Source of the DNA: Eledone cirrhosa
Taxonomy: Eukaryota
Assembly (NCBI GenBank): GCA_964016885.1
Contig: OZ024753.1
Location: 14,136,001-14,200,000 of the forward strand
Length of the DNA stretch: 64,000 bases
Direction: 5' to 3'
In this document: positions 12,867 to 26,000 of the stretch, piece after piece
Position numbering within the stretch: the stretch's first letter is position 1
Layout of the letters: the number at the start of each line of letters is the position of its first letter
Translations under genes and position numbers: made by a program
Notes under the pieces: model-generated
The model's database searches: none
What the model saw: the letters and a program-made list of their open reading frames with translations, nothing else
What the model was told of the DNA's origin: nothing

Positions 12867-14234
12867 TTAAACACAGCCGCGTATACAACAATTGTCTAAC
12901 TTCTTGTTTTTAAGGTTTAGTTTTATTCTTGAATGCTTGCACTCCCATTCAAATATAGAATGAACAATGTTATCTAGCAAAAGAGTAAGACTAAAGGGAG
13001 ATAGACTAAATAAGTTTATGGGATTTAGCAAAAGAGTGATGGCAAAGGGAGATAAGCTAAGTAAGTTTATGGGATTTGGGATTATGAACTTTTCTATTTG
13101 GTTTGTTTCTTTTGAAAGAACAATATGTGTGAGTGTGTGTGTAAGGGTGTATGTGTGTGTGGTTTTTTTTTTTCCATTATTTCCATAATAAATTTACACC
13201 TTTGATATTTTTTATCAACATTTATTTCCCCTTTTTTTTTACTCTTTATGTTATGAGTTCAAATTACACATAGGTCAACTTTGTCTTCCATCCTTTCAGT
13301 GGTTGATAAAATAAAGTACCAGTCACATACTGGGATCAATGTACACCTTCTTTTCAACAGAGTTCTGTCTTTTTATCAGTATTAGAAACCATTATATAAC
13401 CATAATAAATTTACACCCATCACTATGTTTGATTTATTCTTTTATTACTCTTTTATTGGTTTCAGTTACTAGACTGTGGCCATGCTGGGGCAGCACTGTC
13501 TTTTCATTTAACTGAACATATTAATCTCAGTACTTATCAATACTTTATCAATCTCTTTTTTTGTCAAGCTGCTAATTTATGGGGCCTAAACACAGACACA
13601 AATGTAAGCATGGACACACATGGACTCACTCACACACATGCATCCTTTGCTAGCAGGGCAAGTGGACATTAAATGATTATGATGCATCATCATCATTGTA
13701 TAACATCCATTTTCCACGCTAACACGAGAAGGACGGCTTGACCCTTTGGGGGAGAATTGGGTTAGAGGACTGTGTTTCACTCACCTGGGGCTGATTTTGG
13801 CTTGGTTTCTACAGCTGGATGCCCTTCCTAACGCCAACCACAATGTGTGTTGTTGCCAATGTAGAATTCTTTCACCTTCCTTGTCTTTCTTCACAAAGGA
13901 AATGACTCAGCATTTATGACGATTCATCCATCTTGTTTTTTTAATGAGACTTAAGTCTGTTTGGTTTGCATGTTCACTTAATTGATAGATAATTAAGTGG
14001 CTGGATTCCTCAGGTTCGTGTAGAAAATGGTCAAGTCATGTGTATCAGAGACCTCCAGAAGCCTTGGTCCTTCTTCATTTCTTCTACCAAACTATTTCTT
14101 GGACACTGAATAAGCCAAAGTACTGCACATCATATCCATTGAAATTCCCAGTTGCAACAAGGAGGTCACTGTTATTTGTTGTTGTGGTAGGCTGCAGTAG
14201 GATCTCATAGAAGTGGTCCTTCTGTTTGTCTGGA

Positions 14235-14553
14235 ATGTCCAGCTTGTGGAGTGTAAGCAGGGATTACAGGAGCTATTATATTGACCAAGACTTGTCTGTT
14301 ATGTCTAGCTTGTGGAGTTTACACAGGGATTACAGTGGCTATTATATTGACCAAGACTTGTCTGTCTCTCTGGGATGTCCAGTTGTGGAGTTTACACAGG
14401 GATTACAGTGGCTATTATATTGACCAAGACTTGTCTGATATGTCCAGCTTGTGGAGTTTACACAGGGATTACAGTGGCTATTATATTGACCAAGACTTGT
14501 CTGTTATGTCCAGCTTGTGGAGTTTACACAGGGATTACAGTGGCTATTATATT
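14235..14553. repeat. ~66-bp minisatellite, ~5 units
   Basis: Unit tgtccagcttgtggagtttacacagggattacagtggctattatattgaccaagacttgtctgtta. Confidence 0.93.
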
Positions 14554-14722
14554 GCTGGTCAATTGTTACATCAATAACTTTACTCCTCTCCCATTTCTTT
14601 ACCAATAATATTCCCACCGTACCTCTACCCTCATTACTACTTGGAAAAATTTGTAGCTATGATTCTTGCATGTGACAAGTCTGGCTGAGGCTGGTCTCCA
14701 TCTTACCCCTGTATACAGTACG

Positions 14723-16077
14723 CACCTCCACTCCTCCAATCTCACACCTCCACTCCACCAATCTCACACCTCCACTCCACCAATCTCACACCTCCACTCC
14801 TCCAATCTCACACCTCCACTCCACCAATCTCACACCTCCACTCCACCAATCTCACACCTCCACTCCTCCAATCTCACACCTCCACTCCACCAATCTCACA
14901 CCTCCACTCCACCAATCTCACACCTCCACTCCACCATCTCACATCTCCACTCCACCATCTCACATCTCCACTCCTCCAATCTCACACCTCCACTCCTCCA
15001 ATATCACACCTCCACTCCACCAATCTTACACCTCCACTCCTCCAATCTCACACCTCCACTCCACCAATCTCACACCTCCACTCCTCCAATCTCACTCCTC
15101 CAATCTCACATCTCCACTCCTCCAATCTCACACCTCCACTCCATCTCACACCTCCACTCCTCCAATCTCACACCTCCACTCCACCAATCTCACACCTCCA
15201 CTCCTCCAATCTCACACCTCCACTCCTCCAATTTCACATCTCCACTCCTCCAATTTCACACCTCCACTCCACCAATCTCACACCTCCACTCCTCCAATCT
15301 CACACCTCCACTCCACCAATCACAAACAACCACTCCTCCAATCTCACACCTCCACTCCTCCAATTTCACATCTCCACTCCTCCAATTTCACACCTCCACT
15401 CCACCAATCTCACACCTCCACTCCTCCAATTTCACACCTCCACTCTGCCAATCTCACTCCTCCAATCTCACATCTCCACTCCTCCAATTTCACACCTCCA
15501 CTCCTCCAATCTCACACCTCCACTCCGCCAATTTCACACCTCCACTCCTCCAATCTCACACCTCCACTCCGCCAATCTCACACCTCCACTCCTCCAATCT
15601 CACACCTCCACTCCTCCAATCTCACATCTCCACTCCTCCAATCTCACACCTCCACTCCACCAATCTCACACCTCCACTCCTCCAATTTCACACTTCCACT
15701 CCACCAATCACAAACAACCACTCCTCCAATCTCACACCTCCACTCCTCCAATCTCACTCCTCCAATCTCACACCTCCACTCCTCCAATCTCACATCTCCA
15801 CTCCTCCAATCTCACACCTCCACTCCTCCAATCTCACACCTCCACTCCTCCAATCTCACACCTCCACTCCTCCAATCTCACACCTCCACTCCACCAATCA
15901 CAAACAACCACTCCTCCAATCTCACACCTCCACTCCTCCAATCTCACACCTCCACTCCACCAATCACAAACAACCACTCCTCCAATCTCACACCTCCTCT
16001 CCTCCAATCTCACACCTCCACTCCTCCAATCTCACACCTCCACTCCTCCAATCTCACACCTCCACCATCTCACACCA
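14723..16077. repeat. 22-bp C-rich minisatellite (CACCTCCACTCCTCCAATCTCA)
   Basis: Directly visible tandem array. Confidence 0.96.
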
Positions 16078-16420
16078 CATACCTTTCATCATGTCGACAT
16101 TGATAGCAGCAACTCTAAAATTCTAAACCTGGCTGAATGACAATTGCATGAGTATCTTGGCCTTTTCCCCTGAACTTGAAAGATGGAGGTTTTGTGCAGG
16201 TGATCCTGGTGTTACAGGGCTTGTATGCATGTTATATTACTTCCTTCTTCTGTAATCATTGTACTTACTACCAGCAACAGTGTCTGCCAAAGCTATCACC
16301 AATTACTAAGTGTATTGTATACTAACAACCTAAGCGAGAGGGAGCTTTCTCTGAGTCATCAATTGATTTCTGAAGAAGCCAGTTGATGTCACCTTTGATG
16401 TAGAGTGTTAGAGCGTCAGC

Positions 16421-16457
<37 letters not shown>

Positions 16458-16807
16458 CACACACTTATATATATAAAAGCATTTTGTATTTTATTGTTAT
16501 ACTTATTTATAAACACGTGTTTATAAATTTAAAAAAAAAGCCAGTTCACTGAGGAGGTGACAGAATGTGTGATGAAAGAGCTTTGACAGAATATAAACAA
16601 CCATCTGGTTATCCAACCAACCAACCAACCAACCAACCAACCAACCAGAAATTTATAATAAATTGAAGTGGAAACCAACAGGTGCGTGTGTTTTTATTGG
16701 CAGCATGACCCTCCCAAAATATAACAATATCTGTTTCAACACACGTTTTCAGATAAGAAATCTTGCAAAGAAATTCAAAAGCAAAGTATTTTGTATTTTA
16801 TTGTATA

Positions 16808-17190
16808 CTAGCTGAATAACCTGGCATTGCCTTATTCAGATTAGTAAACAATAAATATGCAGATATTTTTCTTTTCTCATAATTATTTCAAAATATCTAC
16901 ATTTTATAAAAGAAAATATCAAAATTGTTATGATAATAGAATTTAGAAATGAAAATCTGTCAATCTTGAAGCAACTCAGGGTAAACAATATTCATTGTGT
17001 AATTTTTTGTTGGTGTCCAAATGAATAAATTGTTGCTGCTTCCATCTTGTAAGCAACCAACATAGAGTTGACCATTGGAGAAACATGTCGTAGAGAGATC
17101 AAGTCCTTGAGAGATTGAACCTGAGATTTGTTAATTGAAATAACAAAACTTAGTTTGACTGGAAACTGAAGCCTCTTAAATTCAACCTCA
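16808..17190 (-). mobile_element. Helitron 3' remnant (PIF1 helicase C-terminus and CTAG end)
   Basis: Minus strand encodes EFKRLQFPVKLSFVISINKSQ and a GQLYVG-like motif. It ends gcaatgccaggttattcagCTAG|t at 16808. Confidence 0.75.
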
Positions 17191-17506
17191 CATACACTCA
17201 CACACATATACTTGTCAGGCATCACATATGTATGTGTATGTGTGGTTGTGTTTAATTCTCTGAGTATCTGATCAAATATTTACGTGAAGATGTATGTGCA
17301 TGTAACTTACTAAGGCCTAACATATGTAACAAACACACAGGACACACAATCACAGACATACACATTCATATACAAAATGTGACATCGCCGTGTTATAAAT
17401 TGTTGTTTACTTATAGTCTGTAGTAGAAAATTTTAGATAAAATGTTATATTGTTTTAATCCAAGTGAAAAAAAAATTACATGTTAATCCTGGGGTCTAGT
17501 ACCTTG

Positions 17507-17541
<35 letters not shown>

Positions 17542-17904
17542 CTTTTCGGGTAGTGTTTTCAGAGAGTGGGATTGGTCGAGTGCTAGGCCTTCCCCCACTT
17601 AAAAAACCTTCAAAGCACAGGCATTGCTTCTTCATGATCTGTTACAGGTTCGTGTGGCTAGCCGTAGCCTAAAAGTGCACCATTTTCTGTAATCTGACAA
17701 GCGATTGCAATAATCTTAGCAGAATTTGCACCCATCATATTTATATATATATACAAGTATATATAAATGTAAGTATACATGCGTACACACATAAATATAT
17801 AAATATACACACAGACATATATGTGTGTGTGTGTGTGAGTGAGTCTCGAGTCCAATCATTGATAGCCACAGTTAGTAAGGTACTCAAAACATTAGAGTGT
17901 ATAC

Positions 17905-18043
17905 AACAAAATTTAATATAGAAATAGGTTATACAGGACTAGAACTGTTTCATTCGAAAGAAATCATCAAGAAAGACTTAATGATTTCCTTCGAATGATA
18001 CAGTTCTAGTCCTGTAGAACCTATTTTTATATTAAATTTTGTT
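17905..18043. repeat. Fold-back (67-bp arms, 5-nt loop) containing a truncated hammerhead-like motif
   Basis: Arms 17905-17971 and 17977-18043. Minus strand reads tTGATGA-tttc-tttc-gaat-GAAAC-agttcta-GTC. Confidence 0.7.
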
Positions 18044-18121
18044 ATATATATTTATGGAAAATTAGACATTAAATGATGATGATGATATATATGTGTATGT
18101 ATGTATGTACGTATATATATA

Positions 18122-19988
18122 TCTAATATATATTTGTGAAATGGGTGGTGGTTGAAATTCAGATGTGCACGGTTAAATGGTAGTAGACGTGGTCGGACGG
18201 ACATGAAAATTTACACACCTATGTAAAAAGTGCCAAGGAAGCAAATAGATGAGGTTTCAAATCTCTAACTTGAAAAATGTGGTCCCTAGGGCCCCAAAAC
18301 GGTATTTACTATTGCTTTCGGTGAGTTATTTCCCCCCTTTTTCATTACAACGCCAATGTATACAATGAGGCCCTCATTGACATGGATAAACGTCTAAGAT
18401 CTGTTGGAGTTGGCGGTGTATTAGAATTCGGTTTGCCACAACCTGTACATAAAGACGGTGCTTTAGATGTGGAGTTCATGCTTGAGTTGAATTACAACAT
18501 CGAGGAATTGACAGATAAGTTTGCTCAAGATGAACCCAGACTTTTGCCTGAGCAGAGACGGGCGTATGACAGAATTCTTGCCAGTGTCATTTCAAATGAG
18601 GGACGGCTATTCTTCTTGGATGCTCCAGGCGGAACAGGAAAAACCTTTCTCATAAACCTACTGCTTGCAAAGCTGCGGAAAGACAGGCAGATTGCTTTAG
18701 CGGTCGCCGCAAGTGGTATTGCCGTACGACCGCCATGTAACACTGTTACATGGCGGTCGTACGGCACACTCCGCATTCCAATTGCCTATGGACCTTGCAA
18801 AGAAGGAGAATCCTACCTGCAAAATAAATTGTGGAGACTCTAAAGGATACCTTCTTTCTGAGTGCTGTTTAATCATTTGGGACGAGGCTACAATGAGTCA
18901 CAAGGCAGCGTTTGAGGCTCTAGACCGAACTCTCAAGGACTTGCGTCGAAATTCACACGTAATGGGTGGAGCGACAGTACTGATGGCTGGCGATTTTCGG
19001 CAGACTCTTCCTGTAATCACTAGAGGCACTAGAGCTGACGAAGTTAACACATGCATCAAGTCTTCCTACCTATGGCAATATGTCCAGAAACTAAACCTGA
19101 CTACTAACATGAGAGTGCATGAGAATGGCGATGCAGAATCTGAGGATTTCTCAAAACAGCTACTGGAAGTTGGTAATGGAACTACACCTGGAATCGATGA
19201 ACAGCACATCCGTCTGCCGTTTGGAAACTTTGTATCAAGCATAGAGGAATTAATGTCATCTGTTTTCCCAGACCTCGAAGCACGATTCCTTGACCACAAC
19301 TGGCTGCAAGGGAGAGCTATTTTAGCACCACATAATGCCACCATTGATGCAATGCATCAACACCTGCTTGATCAGATTCCAGGAGGTGAAGTCTCCTTCA
19401 AGTCAATTGACACCAACAAAAACGCGGTCGACACCGTCAACTATCCGATTGAATTCCAGTCAACAGTCAACAACCTCCCGGACTTCCACCTCATGACCTT
19501 AGACTGAAGGTTGGTGTTCCAGTTATGCTGCTAAGAAACGTGGAACCACCAGAACTATGCAACGGGACGCATCTGATCATCAAAAAAATTGGGACACGAA
19601 TTCTTACGACAAAAATTCTGAGCGGACCGTCTGCTGGCGGGACAAAGTTATTATCCCCCATAAGCCTTAGTCCCTCTGACGTCCCATTTGATTTTACGAG
19701 ACGGCAGTTTCCCGTAAAACTCTGCTTTGCAATGCGTATCAACAAGGCACAGGGACAGTTGCTGCAAGTAGTTGGCCTAAATCTGACACAGTAGGTATTT
19801 ACCCACGGTCAACTATACGTCGGGTGCTCACGCGTCAGCAGTCCAAACAATCTCTACATTTGTGGTAATCCGGGTAATACCATTTTTTTTTCCTGATACT
19901 GCTTCTTTATAATAAACTTTCAATAATATTTTTCAAATTATTAACTTAATAAAAAGTGGCTCCTGGTGCAACCGGGTTCAGCTGCTAG
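18122..19988 (+). mobile_element. Internally deleted Helitron carrying a PIF1-family helicase pseudogene
   Basis: A|TC start, Walker A LDAPGGTGKT, motifs IIWDEA, GDFRQTLPV and RRQFPVKLCFAMRINKAQGQ. Subterminal hairpin cctggt/accggg (19962-19976) and CTAG|T end. Frameshifts present. Confidence 0.92.
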
Positions 19989-19997
19989 TATATATAT

Positions 19998-20369
19998 GGA
20001 GACACATGGCGTAGTGGTTAGAGCATTGGGCTTGCAATCGAAAGGTTGTGAGTTAAATTCTCAGACCGGATGATGTGTTGTTTCCTTGAGCAAGACACTT
20101 TATTTCACATTGCTCCAGTTTACTCAGCTGTAGAAATGAGATGATAGGACTGGGGTCCCTATCATTCCACTGCAAAGTGGTCGTGGAGGTGCCATGGCAA
20201 AAAAGCACCCAGCCTACACTGTAAAGTGGACCTGTAGGCGCCACGGAAAAAAAGCACCCAGCACTCACTGTAAATGAGGTTGGTGTTAGGAAGGGCTTCC
20301 AGCTGTAGAAATCAAGCCAGAATCAGTTCCTGTCCCACCCTTTAAGAAAAGCGGACATAAAATGATGAT
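19998..20369 (+). mobile_element. SINE family A
   Basis: Same head, body and tail as 23165 and 48294, with an internal duplication. Confidence 0.9.
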
Positions 20370-20589
20370 TATATATATATATATATATATATATATCATC
20401 ATCATCATCATTTTACGTTCGCTTTTCCCTGCTTGCATTTGTTTGATGACGGTCGGGGGGGTTTCGCACATGGCCGCACCAGGCAGCCCTAGTATTATTG
20501 CTGTTTACGCAGTTGTTGCAATTCTCATTTGTTGTGTTCATAGTTTTTGGCATTAATATATACTGGTTGGATGCCCTTCCTAACACCAG

Positions 20590-20886
20590 CACCACTTTAC
20601 AGCATGGACTGGGTGCTTTTATTCATGCCACCAGCAATAGAGTGGTTTACTGGACTCACAGACCATATCCACCCCTCCATTTTACAGCATGGACTGGGTG
20701 CTTTTATTCGTGCCACCAGCAATAGAGTGGTTTACTGGACTCACAGACCATATCCACCCCTCCATTTTACAGCATGGACTGGGTGCTTTTATTCGTGCCA
20801 CCAGCAATAGAGTGGTTTACTGGACTCACAGACCATATCCACCCCTCTATTTTACAGCATGGACTGGGTGCTTTTATTCGTGCCAC
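20590..20886. repeat. 85-bp tandem repeat (~3.5 units) seeded from a SINE-A internal segment
   Basis: Follows the SINE-A remnant ggatgcccttcctaacacc. The unit contains ttttacagcatggactgggtgctttt. Confidence 0.8.
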
Positions 20887-21048
20887 TACATTATGTGAGT
20901 AACTTGTGGTTACTAGCGGCGACGCTAGTTGAAGCACTCGATACTGTCTCTCATGAGGTTGTGCTCCAGGTTTAATGTGGCTGAAGTTTACAGAGTGTCT
21001 ATATTGAGTGACAATAAGAAGTTTGCAGCGTGTTATAAAACTTAATTA

Positions 21049-21134
21049 CATATTACAACTGTTTTGATATCGATCAGCTCGGGTTTGATCAGGCGATTGG
21101 ATCCCGACTCTTAATTGATACCTCTTCAGATATG
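21049..21134 (-). ncRNA. Degenerate hammerhead motif with long stem II
   Basis: catat-CTGAAGA-ggtatc..tcggg..cccga..gatatc-AAAA (G12 to A)-cagtt-GTA-atatg. Confidence 0.55.
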
Positions 21135-21740
21135 AGAGTTCACACACATACATATATATGTATATATATATATAGATAGATAGATATATACACACACACA
21201 TATATATATATATAGTTGAGTGTGATTCTTATTGCAACAGAATGAGGTCTCAATATGTAAACATAGAGGTAATCTATATATTTTAAGACATGGTATTAGT
21301 AATACACTAAAAGGAAGAACTGCCAGTTTCATAGACATTATTAGTAGAAACACATATTCACTTTTATTAGAACCTCTATGTATGTCTCCTTTTATGTGCA
21401 AATATCCTATGTGCAAATATTGGACATAAGATGCACCTACAAGTGCTGATAATAGTGAATACGTGCTACTACTAATAAACCTATGGAACTGGCAGTGTGT
21501 ATATATATATATATGTGTGTGTGTAGTGTATGTATATATTATATATAAATGCTTGTGTGTGTATATATATATGTATGTGTATCTGTATATATATATATAT
21601 GTATGTGTATATCTGTATATATATATGTATGTATGTGTATATGTATATTTATATATATATGTATTTATTATATATGAATATGTGTGTGTGTATATACGTA
21701 TATATATATATAAATGTATATATACGTATACATATATCTG

Positions 21741-21771
<31 letters not shown>

Positions 21772-22263
21772 GTATATGTATATCTATATATATATATATA
21801 TGTATTTATTATATATGAATATGTGTGTGTGTATATACGTATATATATATATAAATGTATATATACATATACATATATCTGTATATATATATATATATAT
21901 ATGTATATTTATATACACACACATGCATATATATACACATCAAATGTGCCTTTTTTTTTTTATTCAACATGTTGATTCTGGAACATTCTTCTTTGATGAA
22001 AGGTAAACATCAAATCCTTCCTTTCTTTATATCTCTATGATGTCTATTGAAAAAAAATGCTGCTATGTTCTTACATATCGTTACATGGGTTAATAAAAAA
22101 TAAACATTTCTCTCTACTTCTGAGATTTTGGGACTTACTTTATTGTTGCTGTTGTTATTATTGTCATTACGTTGCCACACTGTAGATGGAGAATTCACCG
22201 GAGTATTTAGTCATCTGTCAAATCACAACAAGAAGGACCTCAGATAGATAATACTTTCTTTAA

Positions 22264-22663
22264 CCCTTTAAAATTTACCGTATTTTACCGGCTTCCCAGC
22301 GCCGAAGACACTTCGTCCTCGATGACGCACCCTAATTTTGACAAGCAAAAATTTGATAAAAAATAATAAACAACCTTTGGCCTCCAGGACGCATTGTAGA
22401 TTTTTGAGACTTAATTTAGGGAAAAAGTATCGTCTTCAATGTCGGCAAATATGGTATATTGCTCTATATTTACTATTGTATTTTTGTAATAAAGGCTTTA
22501 TCTTACATAATTATCTCACATAATATTGAATCTATGAGATTTTAATGTTATTCATTTGGAGAACAATACTTTAACCACAGTATGAGCAGCTAGTTATGGC
22601 AGGTTTAAACAGAAAGAAGTGAGAGAATTCTGGCCAAATATGGGCTGTTTAAATGCTAAAGGG
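22264..22663. mobile_element. piggyBac-type MITE containing a nested Tc1/mariner-type MITE (22278-22454)
   Basis: Outer ends TTAA|CCCTTT..AAAGGG|TTAA. The inner TA|CCGTATTTTACCGGC...GTCGGCAAATATGG|TA interrupts the known MITE body. Confidence 0.75.
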
Positions 22664-23081
22664 TTAAAATGTATCACAGTGCCTATAGCAAGGTTGATTT
22701 TTGTATGTCATCATCATCATCATCATTAGTATTATTGTTGTTGATTGAATTGGTAGAGCGCAGGACAAAATGCTTTGTGGTATATAGTTACAGCCCTTTA
22801 TGTTCTGAGTTTAAATCCCATCAAGTTTAGTTTTGCTTTTCATCATTACAGACTCAAAAACCTTATTGACCATTTTCATACAAAATCATCTGATACAGCT
22901 CCTGGATTTATGATACAAAACTTTATTTTAAAATGTTTATATTTATCTGGAAAATTCCATGATAATTCTATGTAAGAACCTTTGTTAATTTATGGTCCAA
23001 ACACCAACTTAATAATAAGAAAGTTAGATATATTACTGAATCCCTTGGCTTCTTCATTGTTTTCACAATTATTTGAAAACC

Positions 23082-26000
23082 TTTCATTGTCTTTCATTAG
23101 AAATATGGTAATGAAAGGGTTAATGACATAGACAGTGTCTTTCATTAGAAATATGGTAATGAAAGGAGGCACATGGCTTAGTGGTTAGAGCATTGGCCTT
23201 GCAATCGAAAGGTTGTGAGTTCAATTCTCAGACCAGGTGATGTGTTGTTTCCTTGAGCAAGACACTTTATTTCACATTGCTCCAGTTTACTCAGCTGTAG
23301 AAATGAGATGATAGGGACTGGGGTCCCTATCATTCCACTGCAAAGTGGTCGTGGAGGTGCCACGGCAAAAAAGCACCCAGCACTCACTGTAAATGAGGTT
23401 GGTGTTAGGAAGGGCATCCAGCTGTAGAAATCAAGCCAGAATCAGTTCCCGTCCCACCCTTGCAAGCAGGGAAAAAGCGGACGTAAAATGAAATGATGAT
23501 GATGATGAAAGGGTTAATAGCATAGGCAGTGTCTTTCATTAGAAATATTGAAATGAAAGGGTTAATGACATAGACAGTGTCTTTCATTAGAAATATGGTA
23601 ATGAAAGGGTTAATAACATAGGTAGTGTCTTTCATTAGAAATATGGAAATGAAAGGGTTAAAGAGATAGACAGCGTCTTTCATTAGAAATATTGAAATGA
23701 AAAGGTTAAAGACATAGACAGTGTCTTTCATTAGAAATATGGTAATGAAAGGGTTAATGACATAGACAGTGTCTTTCATTAGAAATATGGAAATGAAAGG
23801 GTTAAAGACATAAAGGTTGTCTTTCATTAGAAATATGGTAATGGAAGGGTTAATAACATAGACAGTGTCTTTCATTAGAAATATGGCAATGGAAGGGTTA
23901 ATGACATAGGCAGTGTCTTTCATTAGAAATATGGTAATGAAAGGGTTAAAGACATAGACAGTGTCTTTCATTAGAAATATGGAAATGGAAGGGTTAATGA
24001 CAGACAGTGTCTTTCATTAGAAATATGGTAATAAAAGGGTTGACATAGATAGTGCCTTTCAATAGAAATATGGAAATGGAAGCGTTAATAACATAGATAG
24101 TGTCTTTCATTAGAAATATGGTAATGAAAGGGTTAATGATATAGACAGTGTCTTTCATTAGAAATATGGTAATGAAAGGGTTAATGACATAGACACTGTC
24201 TTTCATTAGAAATACGGTAATGAAAGGGTTAAAGACATAGACAGTGTCTTTCATTAGAAAGAAGGTATTGAAAGCTTTAATGACATAGACACTGTGTTTC
24301 GTTAGAAATATGGTAATGAAAGGGTTAATGACATAGACAGTGTTTTTCATTATAAATATGGTAATGAAAGGCTTAAAGACATAAAGGGTGTCTTTCATTA
24401 GAAATAAGGTAATGAAAGGCTTAAAGACATTGACAGTCTCTTTCATTAGAAATATCATAATAAAAGGGTTAATGACATAGACAGTGTCTTTCATTAGAAA
24501 TATGGTAATGAAAGGGTTAATAACATAGACAGTGTCTTTCATTAGAAATATGGTAATGAAAGGGTTAATGACATAGACAGTGTCTTTCATTAGAAGTATG
24601 GCAATGAAAGGGTTAATAACATAGACAGTGTCTTTCATTAGAAATATGGTAATGAAAGGGTTAATGACAGACAGTGTCAATCATTAGAAATATGGTAATG
24701 AAAGGGTTAAAGACATAGACAGTGTCTTTCATTAGAGATATGGCAATGAAAGGGTTCATAACATAGACTGTCTTTCATTAAAAATATAGTAATGAAAGGG
24801 TTAATGACAGAGACAGTGTCTTTTATTAGAAATATGGTAATGAAAGGGTTAATCACATAGATAATATCTTTCATTAGAAATATGGCAATGAAAGGGTTAA
24901 TGACATAGACAGTGTCTTTCATTAGAAATAAGGTAATGAAAGGGTTAAAGACATAGACAGTGTCTTTCATTAGAAATATCATAATAAAAGGGTTAATGAC
25001 ATAGACTGTGTCTTTCATTAGAAATAAGGTAATGAAAGGGTTAAAGACATAGACAGTGTCTTTCATTAGAAATAAGGTAATGAAAGGGTTAATGACATAG
25101 ACAGTGTCTTTCATTAGAAATAAGGTAATGAAAGGGTTAATGACATAGACAGTGTCTTTCATTAGAAATAAGGTAATGAAAGGGTTAATGACATAGACAG
25201 TGTCTTTCATTAGAAATAAGATAATGAAAGGGTTAATGACATAGACTGTGTCTTTCATTAGAAATAAGGTAATGAAAGGGTTAAAGACATAGACAGTGTC
25301 TTTCATTAGAAAGAAGGTATTGAAAGCTTTAATGACATAGACACTGTGTTTCGTTAGAAATATGGTATTGAAAGGGTTAATGACATAGACAGTGTTTTTC
25401 ATTATATATATGGTAATGAAAGGCTTAAAGACATAAAGGGTGTCTTTCATTAGAAATAAGATAATGAAAGGCTTAAAGACATTGACAGTCTCTTTCATTA
25501 GAAATATGGTAATGAAAGGGTTAAAAACATAGACAGTGTCTTTAATTAGAAATATCATAATAAAAGGGTTAATGACATAGACAGTGTCTTTCATTAGAAA
25601 TATGGTAATGAAAGGGTTAATGACATAGACAGTGTCTTTCATTAGAAGTATGGCAATGAAAGGGTTAATGACATAGACAGTGTCTTTCATTAGAAATATG
25701 TCAATGAAAGGGTTAATAACATAAACAGTGTCTTTCATTAAAAATATAGTAATGAAAGGGTTAATGACAGACAGTGTCAATCATTAGAAATATGGTAATG
25801 AAAGGGTTAAAGACATAGTGTCTTTCATTAGAAATAAGGTAATGAAAGGGTTAATGACATAGACAGTGTCTTTCATTAGAGATATGGCAATGAAAGGGTT
25901 CATAACATAGACTGTGTCTTTCATTAAAAATATAGTAATGAAAGGGTTAATGACAGAGACAGTGTCTTTTATTAGAAATATGGTAATGAAAGGGTTAATC

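Larger units (their letters stand above)
13860..16130 (-). mobile_element. Decayed RTE apurinic-endonuclease region split by two minisatellites
   Basis: Ordered minus-strand remnants: FRVAAINVDMMKG (~16120), CIQGVRWR..YKFF..VGILL (14720-14580), IATVIPV*TPQAG (14550) and GNFNG..RNEEG..LLE (14150-14050). Confidence 0.7.

Noticed and set aside
14666-16126. 486-aa His/Pro/Ser-rich ORF
   Set aside because: The 22-bp unit cycles through all frames and lies inside an RTE relic.
18382-19794. Host PIF1 helicase gene
   Set aside because: Intronless, frameshifted and bounded by Helitron termini.
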